64,000 nucleotides of DNA from Andalucia godoyi And28 (GCA_009859145.1 VRVR01000015.1:237705-301704), one strand, 5' to 3'. Counted from the stretch's first letter, positions 1 to 10,544 are shown. A program made the numbers and translations. The notes: generated by a model from the letters alone, not told the origin.

Positions 1-722
1 GCGTCAATATAGTTCTCTCCATAAATGGCACCCACATTTGTGGACGATAACGCTTCGTCACGCGGGAACCCCGCTCTATTTCCATTTCTATCATGTCGAT
101 CGGCTGCACCGGAAGACAGCGACAAGTTATTCAAATTTCTAAGTTCATCTGAACTATTTCTTGGAGTGGCCGTGTGTGCGGCATTGCAGAACGTAGCGAT
201 GCCGTTTTGCAGGATATCCACTGCCCGATCCAGTTTCTGATCGCAAACAGCATCCACAAAGTCACAAACATCGATGTGGAACATAACGCGAGCTCTTGTG
301 ATTTCTCTCTTGGCAGCATTCACCTTGTACTTTTGGGGACTCTTCTTGTGTTTGTTATTGCTGCTCTCAGAAGAAAAATGATGCTGCGATTGCGATTGCG
401 AATGATGCATACACAAGCTCTCGAACAGCGAGCGGACAGCCTGCCAATTGCCCCCACAGACAGCTTTTCGAAGATCCAAGGCCGCCTTTGATTCCACGAC
501 GACTCCAGACTCCCGCTGCAGCAGGTCCGCAACATTATCGAACCCAGCATCCAACAGCGCTCTTTGCAACAGTCTGATCTTGGCAGTCCTGTGTTGATCC
601 TCCCCGGCGATCTTTTCTTCATGTGGACCTCGGTCATCGAGGGTCGGTGATGATGATGGCGATGATGATGCCGGTGATGATGCTGCTGCTGATGATGCTG
701 AAGTCGGCAAGGACGGATGCAT
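1..722 (-). CDS. 5' part of a LisH-CTLH protein, WDR26/GID7-like (runs off the left edge; not in the ORF track)
   Basis: Manual translation from the ATG at 722 stays open to base 1: MHPSLPTS...KIRLLQRALLDAGFDNVADLLQRESGVVVESKAALDLRKAVCGGNWQAVRSL...DFVDAVCDQKLDRAVDILQNGI. The segment RLL..L...GF..VADLLQRESG..E......LR.AV..GNW resembles the LisH-CTLH N-terminus of WDR26. WD40 repeats would lie outside the window. Confidence 0.65.
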   Translation of the reverse strand, partial: MHPSLPTSASSAAASSPASSSPSSSPTLDDRGPHEEKIAGEDQHRTAKIRLLQRALLDAGFDNVADLLQRESGVVVESKAALDLRKAVCGGNWQAVRSLFESLCMHHSQSQSQHHFSSESSNNKHKKSPQKYKVNAAKREITRARVMFHIDVCDFVDAVCDQKLDRAVDILQNGIATFCNAAHTATPRNSSDELRNLNNLSLSSGAADRHDRNGNRAGFPRDEALSSTNVGAIYGENYID

Positions 723-1406
723 GGCTTTCCGCCGTTTCGAGGGCGGAGGCTGCACGCTCGACTGCAAATGAGATTGATTCGACACGGACGATGAACCAAC
801 GAAAACGAGAAGCAAAGGTAACTCAACACGAACAGGACCCTTTACTTCTCGCTTTGTCTTTTTTCTTCTTTTCTTTGGACTCTTTTCCAAATTCCAAAAG
901 AATGATTATAATTATTGAAGTTCAATTTAGAAAAGAGAAGGGGGGGAAAAAGGCAAAAGAAGAAAGCAGAAGCTGCGGATGTGCGTGTGCGTGTGTGTGT
1001 GCGTTGGGAAGGGCAGACCGCGCTGGGAGATTGGAAGAAAGAGGAGAAAGAGAGAATGTCAGGAGAAGAAAGACTGGTTCATATGAGAGTAGTAGACACA
1101 ACACGGCTCGGGCGGGTCGGGATTTCGACTTTTTGAGGATGACAGTCGCCGATCGGGCGATGACTGACGTCGAAAGAGGGGAAAGAAAGGGGTGGCCGGT
1201 TCGGACCTTTTGGGAATTGGGGGAATTTGGAAAGGATCCGGGAGAAAATACCCGACTTGAAGAATCAAAGGTGGATTTCGCCCTCCAAAATTCGGAAGGA
1301 TTGCATCAACTGAATTGCATCAACCTCCTCCGATCCAGACCCCCAAAACAAACAAACCAGAAGACGTCCGAAACGAGGGTTATCGAGCAGACTAGCTGAG
1401 TCGCTC

Positions 1407-1415
1407 CTAGGGTTA
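1407..1415. promoter_or_regulatory. Telo-box-like motif CTAGGGTTA about 200 nt upstream of RPS20
   Basis: The motif is directly visible, and its reverse complement recurs at 21144-21152. Function is inferred only by analogy with telo-box/Tbf1 sites. Confidence 0.3.
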
Positions 1416-1621
1416 CGGACTCGTGCTGCGTGTGCAAAAAGCCTTTAAAGTTCTTTTAGAATTATTCTTGTGCGGCTCTCTTCCTTTTCAGATTTTCTCT
1501 CTCTTTCTCTCTCTCTTTCTTTCTTCTTAGAGGTTTTGTTCCATAGCCCGTGTTCTCTTCCCTCGTTCAGACGACACCGGATCCTTTAATCCTTTCTCCC
1601 CTTTCCTCTCTGTCCTGAAGA

Positions 1622-1975
1622 ATGGCGTACGCACCCAAGAAGACTGATGCCCCTGTGGAGACTCTTCACAAGATCCGCATCACCCTTACTTCGCGCAATG
1701 TGAAGTCGCTCGAGAATGTTTCCGAGTCGCTCCTCCGTGCCGCCAAGACCAAGAACGTGACTGTTCGTGGACCCGTCCGCATGCCCACCAAGGTTTTGCG
1801 CATCACCACCCGCAAGACTCCTTGCGGTGAGGGTTCCAAGACTTGGGACCGCTTCGAGATGAACATCCACAAGCGTGTTATTGACCTCCACTCCTCCACC
1901 GAGATTGTCAAGGACATCACCTCGGTTCGTTTGGACCCGGGCGTCGACATTGAAGTCACTCTGATCCAGGCTTAA
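1622..1975 (+). CDS. RPS20: 40S ribosomal protein S20 (uS10)
   Basis: Contains [16 protein letters not shown]...[42 protein letters not shown], the canonical eukaryotic uS10 sequence. It is preceded by a long CT-rich leader. Confidence 0.98.
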   Translation: MAYAPKKTDAPVETLHKIRITLTSRNVKSLENVSESLLRAAKTKNVTVRGPVRMPTKVLRITTRKTPCGEGSKTWDRFEMNIHKRVIDLHSSTEIVKDITSVRLDPGVDIEVTLIQA

Positions 1976-2105
1976 TTAAAGTACTATCCTACAGGGGCAT
2001 ACTCCACTCTGTTATTGATCCCAGTTGAAAGAAACAAAAAAAAAAGGTTGATGATGACGATTACGATGGTGGTGAAGGACCAGTAACTGGTGGGTTGGTT
2101 TATGC

Positions 2106-2615
2106 CTACTGGTAGAACTGCAGGTAATTCGGCACCTTTTTGTACAAGAAGGCCATGATAACGTGGTATCCAATGACGATGCACGCGATTCCAGCGACGA
2201 CCAAGAAAGAAAACACAGACTTGCTGCGATCGGGTGCTGCCGCGATATCAATGAGCACAAATCCGAGTGCGCCGATGCAAATGAAAAAGGACGCAGACAG
2301 TCCTTCGACCACATATTGTGAGTTGATGCGCCCGGCCATGACCGTTGCGACTTTCATCTGGCCTGTGTGCGGATCCCTTTCTTGGCCCATAAACGGCGGC
2401 TCGACGATCTTGTCGTACACAAGACCAGCAAGAATCCCATAATAGGACAGAAACACACCGAGAAAGATCACTGCGGGAGGAATCGACAAGAGGGAATTGT
2501 ATCGCAGCCGAAGAGACGGCGTCCGACCACCGAGAAACTTCCACAGTTGGCGGTGTACGAGACGAAGCGGGTCATAGGTCGACGGTAGAGTAGTGCTCAT
2601 GACATGTGCATCCAA
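2106..2615 (-). CDS. OSTC: Oligosaccharyltransferase complex subunit OSTC/DC2
   Basis: Contains SYYGILAGLVYDKIVEPPFMGQERDPHTG...VMAGRINSQYVVEGLSAS plus three hydrophobic helices and a C-terminal KKVPNYL. The start could be the second Met at 2600. Confidence 0.9.
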   Translation of the reverse strand: MDAHVMSTTLPSTYDPLRLVHRQLWKFLGGRTPSLRLRYNSLLSIPPAVIFLGVFLSYYGILAGLVYDKIVEPPFMGQERDPHTGQMKVATVMAGRINSQYVVEGLSASFFICIGALGFVLIDIAAAPDRSKSVFSFLVVAGIACIVIGYHVIMAFLYKKVPNYLQFYQ

Positions 2616-3566
2616 TCACAGCCTCCGTGAGTCAACAGTGATAATGATAATTATATGAATAGCAACCACGATGATAAATGACATGAATGGTTATTAAAGA
2701 TGACACCGGAGGACAGAGGGTGGGAAAAGGCTTTTTGAAAATCCAGTGGCATGCTTTTTTCTTTAGGAGAGGGTTGAATTGCCAGTATCAAGTGATGTTT
2801 GGTACTCGGACAATTGTGCATTTTTTTCCTGTCTTGTTCTTCGAAATGTTTTTTTACAGTGGGTAATCCCTAACAGGCTTCCTTTATTGTTGTTGGGGAT
2901 TTGCTGGGAAGGAGGGAAAATGTCGTGAACCGGATTGGGAAGGCTGGGATGCTGTGGCTTGCATGTGCATGCTGGGAAAAGGGGGGCTCGACAACGAGAC
3001 GTCCCCGTGCCCAGCAGCACAGAAGGGTGATTTTTCCCCAGTTTCCGACGCTCCTGTGTGGGTAAGCCGCCCCCCGCCTCTTCCTCTTCCCCAGTGGACA
3101 CGCTTCGGGAAATATCCCAGCAGGATGAAAGAGGATGGGCGGGGATTTGCTTGCCCCATTTGTGGGATGAGGACCTACTGCGTACTGCGACGTCCATCAA
3201 ATAGATCCGCATTGGGTAATCTTTTCGCCGCCTGCATGGACACTTCTCTCAGCACCGAGATTGCAGCGGAATCTCGATGGCTGCCAAACTCTTGGGCGAA
3301 CCCCTTGAGCCCGAACCCCTTGCGAGATAAAACGCCCGAATTCCCCCCGGCTGGGAGAGTGGGGCCTACCGGAACCCATAATGAACGCAAGCAAACCTGC
3401 TTTCCTGTCTTCTTTTCTTTCTTCCCTGCTTCTATGTTTTCCCAGCCTTTTCAGTTTCTCTATCTTTCTTGCCAAGGTGCTCAAAAGAGTAATTGCACGC
3501 ATACTCTGAAAGGACAAAGGATTCGCAGTTCTCTCACCCTTCTTTTCCTTCTTCTTATTCTCCAGA

Positions 3567-5357
3567 ATGGCAGGGCTTGATTCTCGTTTCGACTTCACGC
3601 CGTTTCCGAATACGTCTGCAGCACTGACTTCGATTGACACTCCTCGCGTATCGGTTGTTCGATGCACTCATGCAGGTCGGTCGTTTCGAGGATTTCCAAG
3701 CGCACTTGGCCGGTCGCATGAAACCATTCTCTCCGTTGCCATCGACACCCCATTCTCAGACGCGCTTGCCCACTCTCTCAAGGTGTCTCCACCACCATCA
3801 GACATCTCATCGTCGTCGGTTTCTGCGAGTATGGAGAGTGAGAGGACGGGTCGAGGGAAACGATCGCTGCGACTGGATGCATTTCGAGTTCCTATTCACA
3901 GTTGCTCAAGTTCAGAGAACGGAAATCCGGAATCGTCGTCTCCTGCGAGCTTACAGGAAAAAACAGCAGAAGAACGACTCCACTGCTCACACCAGCAGGT
4001 GCTGATCAATGTCAAGCCGCTCAGCACTGTCCAGCAGGCTGCCAGAAGCAATCTCGGGGCTTCTTTGAAAGCCAGCGCAGGCATCACGGCAGCAACAGTC
4101 ACAACGACTACTGCTGCGGCTGGTAAGGGCTTCACATCGCTGCTGCAGTCCTCATCACTGCCAGCGCTGTCATCGTCATCGCCAGTGCCGTCGCCAGCAT
4201 CACCAACACAGTCCGTGATTACAGATTACGAAAGTGTAGAGGAAGAAGTGCTGAAAAATGACGGCGCTGCTGTGAAAAATTCGGATCCTCTCGTAAGGAT
4301 TGAGCTTGCACAGAAACACATGCTCAAGGTCTCGCGACTGATCCCGTCTGCGCACGATTCTCGCAGCGGGACTTTGCTCGTGATTCGAATTCCGTCGTTT
4401 CGACATGCATGCAGAGTGTGTTCGTCATACAAGCATGGGGGAGCCAGACCTCAGAAGGCTGAATATGAGTTCTTCTTGCGGATGTCAGTTGTGCTGGACG
4501 GGAAAATGCATGTCTACGACTCACCCAAGTTCCTCGTCGTGAAGGACCCGCGCTTTGCGGAAAACGAGTGCGATGCGATCGACACCACAGATCCATCCGT
4601 GAGCCCATTGTCCCTCAACTCCTCTGCTAACAAGGGCATCGTCATCATCAACAACGACAATTATAGCAACAACGGCTACCGCATCGGCAGTGGCAGTGGC
4701 AGTGGCAGTGGCAGTGGCAGTGGCAGTGGCAGTGGCAGTGGCAGTAACTCTGCATTTTCAGGACTGGGCCGGTCTTCCAGGACTCTGCAGTTTCACATGC
4801 AGTCAGATTTCGGGGCATCTGCACATGTCCACGGTTCTGGAACCCACTTCGTGGGAAGTAGGCCTGCAAAGATGATGAAGCACGCTCCATGCCTTCTCTC
4901 GTTTCCCGGATGCTCTCCATTTCAGCATCCAGCATTCAACTCAAAGTACGCTCCAGGTGGGATGAGGCTTCCTCCCCATTTCGATCCATTCTGCGTGACT
5001 CCAGAAGGGACGCATCCAGTGTATGGATACAGCCATTTTGGCTGCCATGCCCCGTCTTTCCAGCCGATTTCTCCTCATTTCGAGTCTCGAGCTCCGTCTT
5101 CAGCGCTCCATCCCTCTTTGCATTCGGTGGGGATTCATCATCCGACGAATTTCCATGCTCGGTTGCAACCGCCGGCTTTCTGGCAGTCGCAGGGAGTGCA
5201 GTCGCCGTGTTCGTCGAAGAACCCCAGCGATGCGCTGTCATCGTTGCCTTCGTTTTCTGCAGTATTTCAAAAGCTTCCACCCGCGGCAGCAGCTGGTGCA
5301 TATGCGTCTGTGTGGAGGCATGTCCATCGCAAATCCGACACTCCGTCGCCGAGTTAG
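3567..5357 (+). CDS. Hypothetical 596-aa protein with a central globular domain flanked by Ser/Pro/His low-complexity regions (possible transcription factor)
   Basis: Long ORF with an ATG start. An ordered-looking block (LVRIELAQKHMLKV...FRHACRVC...EYEFFLRMSVVLDGKMHVYDSPKFLVVKDPR) sits between disordered regions. No family recognised. Confidence 0.7.
   Translation: MAGLDSRFDFTPFPNTSAALTSIDTPRVSVVRCTHAGRSFRGFPSALGRSHETILSVAIDTPFSDALAHSLKVSPPPSDISSSSVSASMESERTGRGKRSLRLDAFRVPIHSCSSSENGNPESSSPASLQEKTAEERLHCSHQQVLINVKPLSTVQQAARSNLGASLKASAGITAATVTTTTAAAGKGFTSLLQSSSLPALSSSSPVPSPASPTQSVITDYESVEEEVLKNDGAAVKNSDPLVRIELAQKHMLKVSRLIPSAHDSRSGTLLVIRIPSFRHACRVCSSYKHGGARPQKAEYEFFLRMSVVLDGKMHVYDSPKFLVVKDPRFAENECDAIDTTDPSVSPLSLNSSANKGIVIINNDNYSNNGYRIGSGSGSGSGSGSGSGSGSGSNSAFSGLGRSSRTLQFHMQSDFGASAHVHGSGTHFVGSRPAKMMKHAPCLLSFPGCSPFQHPAFNSKYAPGGMRLPPHFDPFCVTPEGTHPVYGYSHFGCHAPSFQPISPHFESRAPSSALHPSLHSVGIHHPTNFHARLQPPAFWQSQGVQSPCSSKNPSDALSSLPSFSAVFQKLPPAAAAGAYASVWRHVHRKSDTPSPS
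4686..4745 (+). repeat. (GGCAGT)10 coding microsatellite giving (GS)10
   Basis: Ten perfect hexamer units read directly from the sequence. Confidence 0.95.
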
Positions 5358-5749
5358 CACTCTTTTCCTTTCCTATGCGTCGTAGTATTTCATTACTATT
5401 ATTTCTGGGGAGCTTTCTTTTCTCTGTCTCTTGAAACAAATCTGTACAGGCCACTCACCGGCCATCGCACAGTCAGAGATGAATCATGACTCGGATTCTT
5501 CGTTGGATAAGGGCTGGCTTTCTCCGCGTGATGTTTTTTCTATTTTATTTGCAAGGTTCGACATAAATCCCCAACCCCCAAATACAAACACAAATCTTTT
5601 TTCTTTTTCGAATGGAGAGCAAAAACAACAACAACAACAACAACAACAAACACAACGACAACGACAAAGCATCGAAAACTGCAAGAAGCGCTGGAAAACG
5701 ACGCAACCCCCCCGAAAGGATTCTCTTCCTGTCCTCACACCTAAATGGA

Positions 5750-7060
5750 TCACAGGTCCAAGATGATTCTGCGGGGATCTTCGATCTGTTCCTTGATAGA
5801 CTTGAGGAAGGTGACTGCCTCGCGTCCGTCAATAAGTCTGTGGTCATACGTTAAAGCGAGGTACATCATGGGTCTGACCTCTACTTTTCCATCAACGGCT
5901 ACAGGGCGAGGCTTGGTTGCATGCATGCCAAGGATTGCAGACTGTGGCGGGTTGACGATTGGTGTTCCAAAGAGCGATCCGAAGACGCCTCCATTTGAGA
6001 TTGTGAAGGTTCCGCCCTGCATGTCGTCCATGGACAGCTGACCCGTGCGGGCCTTTTCCGACAGCTTTCCAAGCTCCTTTTCAACATCGGCAAAGCCCAT
6101 ATCCTGGCAGTTGCGCAGCACAGGAACCACAAGTCCCGTGGGCGTTGCGACCGCAACCGACACGTCGACGTAGGACCGGTACACAATGTCGGTTCCGTCA
6201 ATGACTGCGTTGATGAGTGGCTGGTTCTTCAGTGCATTTGCAGACGCCTTGACAAACGGACTCATGAATCCAAGCTTTGTTCCGTGCTTCTTCTCAAATG
6301 ATTCACCATACACCTTGCGCATCTCGATCAAAGCAGACATGTCCACCTCATTGAACGTCGTCAGCAGCGCATACGTGTTCTGCGCATCCTTCAATCGCTC
6401 TGCAATACGCTTGCGCATGCGGCTCATCGGAGTACGCGTTTCGAGCTCACCCGCACCAACCATGATCTGCGGACCGGCACTCTTCTTCTCCTCTGTCACT
6501 GCAGTCTTTTTCGCTTCGCTCTTCTTTTCCGCAGCACTCTCGCTGGCCTTTGTAGTCGCAGCAGCAGCAGGAGTGGCAGCAGGGGCAGCAGCAGCAGCAG
6601 CAGCAGGGGCAGCGGGAGTGAGAGTGGAGCCAGCAGCACCGACCTTGACCTTTGCAATGATTGCGCCGACCTTGACCGCATCGCCCTTGTTTGCAAGTTG
6701 GGACTGAAGCGCACCGCCGACATGTGATCTGACTTCCACCGTGATCTTGTCTGTCTCGAGCTGCACAAGCACGTCATCCACCTTGACTGCATCACCCGGG
6801 TTCTTCAGCCAGCCCATCACCGTACCTTCCGTAATCGAGTCGCCCATCTTTGGCACCACAATATCCTCAATCGCAGGTGACGACGAGAAGAACCGGCGTG
6901 CACATCTCGGAGCCGCCACAAACAGCGACGGCGAAGACACCGACATCGGCGACATCGCCATTGACATTGACATCGACGACGATGAGGAATAGCGAAGTGC
7001 GCAGAGTGCCCGAGGGACAGCGCGGCAAGGACCTGAACGAAATGCTGCAACAGACATCAT
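5750..7060 (-). CDS. DLST: Mitochondrial 2-oxoglutarate dehydrogenase E2 (dihydrolipoyl succinyltransferase)
   Basis: Arg/Ser-rich targeting peptide, lipoyl domain ([11 protein letters not shown]...ETDKIT), Ala-rich linker, and catalytic domain ([30 protein letters not shown]; [17 protein letters not shown]). The true start is taken as the ATG at 7060, since the upstream ORF extension is a (GAA)-rich leader. Confidence 0.97.
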   Translation of the reverse strand: MMSVAAFRSGPCRAVPRALCALRYSSSSSMSMSMAMSPMSVSSPSLFVAAPRCARRFFSSSPAIEDIVVPKMGDSITEGTVMGWLKNPGDAVKVDDVLVQLETDKITVEVRSHVGGALQSQLANKGDAVKVGAIIAKVKVGAAGSTLTPAAPAAAAAAAPAATPAAAATTKASESAAEKKSEAKKTAVTEEKKSAGPQIMVGAGELETRTPMSRMRKRIAERLKDAQNTYALLTTFNEVDMSALIEMRKVYGESFEKKHGTKLGFMSPFVKASANALKNQPLINAVIDGTDIVYRSYVDVSVAVATPTGLVVPVLRNCQDMGFADVEKELGKLSEKARTGQLSMDDMQGGTFTISNGGVFGSLFGTPIVNPPQSAILGMHATKPRPVAVDGKVEVRPMMYLALTYDHRLIDGREAVTFLKSIKEQIEDPRRIILDL

Positions 7061-7571
7061 CTTTTCTTCTTTTTCTTTTCTTCTTCTTCTTCTTCTTTTT
7101 CTTTTTCTTTTCTTCTTCTTCTTCTTCTTTTTCTTTTCTTCTTTGATCAGAGACCTCAACGAAGAAGAAGAAAAAAAAGAATCCACACAACCAGAACCCA
7201 GAAAATCAACAACAAATGAAAAGCAAAAGGCAGGAGAAAGACGCCTCGCGAAAAAGTCCTCAAAGTTGCAGTTTTCTCTCCCTTTGGCTGCAGCATCACT
7301 TGATGAAAGAAAAAGTGTTGGGAGGAGTCTCTTTTGTTGGGTTTCCCGCCGCCGTCTGTTTCCCAGTTCCATTTTCGAAGCGCATGGTTTTCCAATTGGT
7401 TTCTTCTTCTGTTTTCTTTCATTTTTCTATTCAAATGCTTGTCTTTTTCCCCCCTCTTCTCCCCCTGCATTGCGTAAAAGTCACATCCAGGTCAAGGTTG
7501 TCTCGGTAGGTTCTACAGCCGCGGGGATTTTCACACGCTGACGAGGTTTCGTTTGATCATCGTTGTCTGTC

Positions 7572-10544
7572 ATGTCGTCTTCTGTGAGACCTCCGAAGTA
7601 TCCTGCTGCTCGTGGTAGTGGCCACGGCGATGGGCCGCAGTACGGAAAAGGACAAGGGCAAGGACAAAGGGCGGCGGCGGCGGCGGCGGCGGAGGAGGAG
7701 GAGGAGGAGGAGGAGTATGAAGAGTATGAAGAGGAAGTCGACGACGACGACGATGCCGAGTATGAAGAGTATGAAGAGGAAGAGGAGGGGGACGAGTATG
7801 AGTATGAGGAAGGGGAGGAATATGAGGATGGCGATGGCGATGGTGATGAGGAAGGGTACGACGACGAGGAGGAGGAGGATGTAGACGAGACTGCGGCAGA
7901 TGAGATTCGCAGACAAAGTGCGATGAGTGGGATAGGGGATGGAGGAGTTCAGCTGAGCGATACGGCATGGGGAGAGATCCGCGCGGCATTCAAGCTGTTT
8001 GATGTGGACAAGGACGGACAGATCAGCCGCAGCGAGCTCGTTTCTTGTCTTCGTGCATTTGGTGCATCAGTCGATTCGACATCAATGGGAGCAGACAGCG
8101 TGTTTTCCGCCGCAGATGCCAATGGGGACGGGTTCATCTCGTTTGAGGAGTTTGTCCGGCTTCTTGCGCCTCGCATCGCGTTTCACGAACGCCAAGTCCG
8201 CCGCGTCCTCGACCGCGCATTCACTGTCGCGGACGCGGACTCGAATGGCCTTCTTTCCCGCTCCGAACTCGCCACCTTGCTTGCGCGTCTCTGCGGCCGC
8301 TCCAGTGCTGCTTCATTCCCACCCAAGGAAATCGCAGCACTCGCGGACACCATTGAACACCTTGCCGAAACCCATCGCAACTCTGCCGCTGCATCCACCT
8401 CTTCCGGGACCGCGACCTCCGCCTCTGCAGCCACTTCAACTCGCGACGGATTTATTGAGCGCGACGAGTTTGTGCATGCAATGTTGCAGCTGCTGCAGGA
8501 AGAAGTCCGCGCCACCCTCTTCGACACACCCGCTGCATCAACGAGCGGGTCGGCGAATTCGGGACTGAGTGCGCTGCGAGCGGCTGCTAGGGCACTGCGA
8601 CCCTCTCCGCTGGACTACATCGAGGCATTCGGAATGGTCCCCGAGTCATTTCGTCCGTCGCTGTTTGCATCCGTTCTTGCGGCCCCAGAAGGGCTGCATC
8701 GCACTTCGGCGTCCATTGTGCCGCGAGTAGAGTCTGCGTCGGGCCTCTTCTACTCGGACTTTGTTCCCTCTTCGTCGGCCACTGCCAGTGGAGGAGGGTC
8801 GTCGAATTCCGGCGGCAGCAGCAAAAGTGCCGTTGCGGCTGGAGTGCCACAAAGTGCATTGACCCTACGGATCACGCTGGGCGGAGCACGAGGAGTTCCG
8901 CTTCCGGTGAGGAGAGCACGGTCAGTTCTGGCGAGACGCGTGCGAGTAGCAGTGTACGACACGCTTTCGGGCCGCATTATCGGCAACATCCACTCAGTGC
9001 CTGCGTCATGGCGACACGACACGGAGGACGAGTGGCGATTCGATATCGCGTCGTCGGTCCATTCGCTGCCTTCTTCGTCTTTGCTCCCAAGTGCCACTGC
9101 AAGTCTCTCGAACACGTCCACCACAAATGACTCGATGAGAAAGGCAAGGATCGAAAAGAGACCAATTGCAGTGGATAGCGGCAACAGCGGCGGTGGCGTT
9201 GTGCAGTACCGACTTGTTCGACACGGTGAGAATGGCCCATCGTTTCTTGTCCGAACAACGTTTTCGCATCCTTTTGCACTGTTGTTTGAACTGTCTGTGG
9301 TCTTTATGCGCAAACGAGTCAATCTGTCCAGCACGGGAACCGCATCCACGATGACGATGAACACAACAGCGACATCGACAACGAATAACAACAACAACAA
9401 CAATAATAATAATAATGCTGCGAATGTAGGCAGCGAAGGAAGAGGAACGTCCGTGTCTTCTCTCTTATCTGAACAGCATGCTGCAGAGGATATTGCGGAA
9501 ATGTCGTGTGGATATGCAGTGCTTGAGCTCCCGGCCGCGAATGCTGTGTCCGGGCTTCCTCGGGACCCCGTGTCCTCGCATCGGACAGTGCGTTTGCCTC
9601 TGTATGGCGGTGCACCAGGCGATTTTGCGCCGATCCGGCCGAGCGAGGTGTTGGCCAGGCGGCAAGGATGGCGACGCATGAAGCAGATGGTCGCAGGACC
9701 GCCGGTGCCCTCGCTGCTTGTGACCGTCGACCACTTGCCTCCTCGCACGGTTTGTTCTCGAGTGTTTCCCTCGTCTTGTGGTTCCGTGTCGCCTATTGCA
9801 TCACAGCTCAGCATCGACCATTTGCCCACCAATACAATCTTGCCGCTTGCAGCTGTCCCATTTGTCGCAGACTACCGATACATGCTTCACAACGCGATCT
9901 TTCCACAGTCGTTTGCGTCATCTTCGTCAGCACCGGCATCTGCATCCGTGTTGCCGAAGGACAGAGATGGCAGAGTAGGGAGTCTCTTTGGGGCGGTGCC
10001 GTGGGTATCTGACCCGTTTTTTGCGGCATTTCCACGGCTACTCGATGAGCCAATGTGCTTGGATGGCCTAGCTGCCGCCTGGGAGCGGCGGAGAGCAGTA
10101 TGGACGAAGAAACAGAAGCGTGATGCGACGTTTTGTCTGGCACAGTTCCGGCAGATTGTGATGCAGTGTGCGCTGGTAGCACTTGCAGCGACCGACATGC
10201 CGCAAGCTTCCGACAGGTTCCACGATCGATCGATGAAGAGATTTGAAATCATAGAGCGCGCGCTTGACACGAGCGGGCCAACCAGCATTGCACGAAATGA
10301 CGAGGATCTTACATATGCCCCGTTCAACGTCCGCGATCTCGTGTCCAGTTTCGATCTGCCCATCGCCATTTCCAGCTCGGCAGCCGCGACGCCTGCCGCC
10401 CCAAGCACGACTCCCGTTCCAACCACCAGTGCAAATGCAGGCGCAGGTGTGAATGCGAATGCAAATGTGAATGTGAATGCAAGTGGGATCGGAACAGTGA
10501 GTGGCAGCACAACGAACGTACGAACATCTGCCAAGAAGGCGTAG
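7572..10544 (+). CDS. EF-hand plus nephrocystin-1 (NPHP1)-like C-terminal domain protein, ciliary transition zone candidate
   Basis: Acidic N-terminal tract and EF-hand loops DVDKDGQISRSE, DANGDGFISFEE and DADSNGLLSRSE. These are followed by RRVRVAVYD...IIGNIHSVPASW...EWRF, LLFELSV, EMSCGYAVLEL, LPLYGGAP, SDPFFAAFPRLLDEP..LDGLAAAW and YAPFNV, collinear with the NPHP1 C-terminal domain. First ATG is at 7572. Confidence 0.8.
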   Translation: MSSSVRPPKYPAARGSGHGDGPQYGKGQGQGQRAAAAAAAEEEEEEEEYEEYEEEVDDDDDAEYEEYEEEEEGDEYEYEEGEEYEDGDGDGDEEGYDDEEEEDVDETAADEIRRQSAMSGIGDGGVQLSDTAWGEIRAAFKLFDVDKDGQISRSELVSCLRAFGASVDSTSMGADSVFSAADANGDGFISFEEFVRLLAPRIAFHERQVRRVLDRAFTVADADSNGLLSRSELATLLARLCGRSSAASFPPKEIAALADTIEHLAETHRNSAAASTSSGTATSASAATSTRDGFIERDEFVHAMLQLLQEEVRATLFDTPAASTSGSANSGLSALRAAARALRPSPLDYIEAFGMVPESFRPSLFASVLAAPEGLHRTSASIVPRVESASGLFYSDFVPSSSATASGGGSSNSGGSSKSAVAAGVPQSALTLRITLGGARGVPLPVRRARSVLARRVRVAVYDTLSGRIIGNIHSVPASWRHDTEDEWRFDIASSVHSLPSSSLLPSATASLSNTSTTNDSMRKARIEKRPIAVDSGNSGGGVVQYRLVRHGENGPSFLVRTTFSHPFALLFELSVVFMRKRVNLSSTGTASTMTMNTTATSTTNNNNNNNNNNNAANVGSEGRGTSVSSLLSEQHAAEDIAEMSCGYAVLELPAANAVSGLPRDPVSSHRTVRLPLYGGAPGDFAPIRPSEVLARRQGWRRMKQMVAGPPVPSLLVTVDHLPPRTVCSRVFPSSCGSVSPIASQLSIDHLPTNTILPLAAVPFVADYRYMLHNAIFPQSFASSSSAPASASVLPKDRDGRVGSLFGAVPWVSDPFFAAFPRLLDEPMCLDGLAAAWERRRAVWTKKQKRDATFCLAQFRQIVMQCALVALAATDMPQASDRFHDRSMKRFEIIERALDTSGPTSIARNDEDLTYAPFNVRDLVSSFDLPIAISSSAAATPAAPSTTPVPTTSANAGAGVNANANVNVNASGIGTVSGSTTNVRTSAKKA

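Noticed and set aside
623-1399. 258-aa + strand ORF and 169-aa - strand ORF (320-829)
   Set aside because: Shadow frames of the WDR26-like gene and its low-complexity leader; no recognisable protein features.
2954-3580. 208-aa ORF with CPIC upstream of the orphan gene
   Set aside because: Runs through a pyrimidine-rich leader and has no domain-like pattern; more likely upstream regulatory or UTR sequence.
7061-7372. N-terminal poly-Lys/Arg extensions of DLST (and of VHA-A at 20659-20868, NmrA at 17791-17952, desaturase at 61634-61759, bS6m at 52853-53083)
   Set aside because: These arise from non-ATG or far-upstream starts read through GAA/CT-rich leaders. Homology begins at the downstream ATGs used in the feature list.
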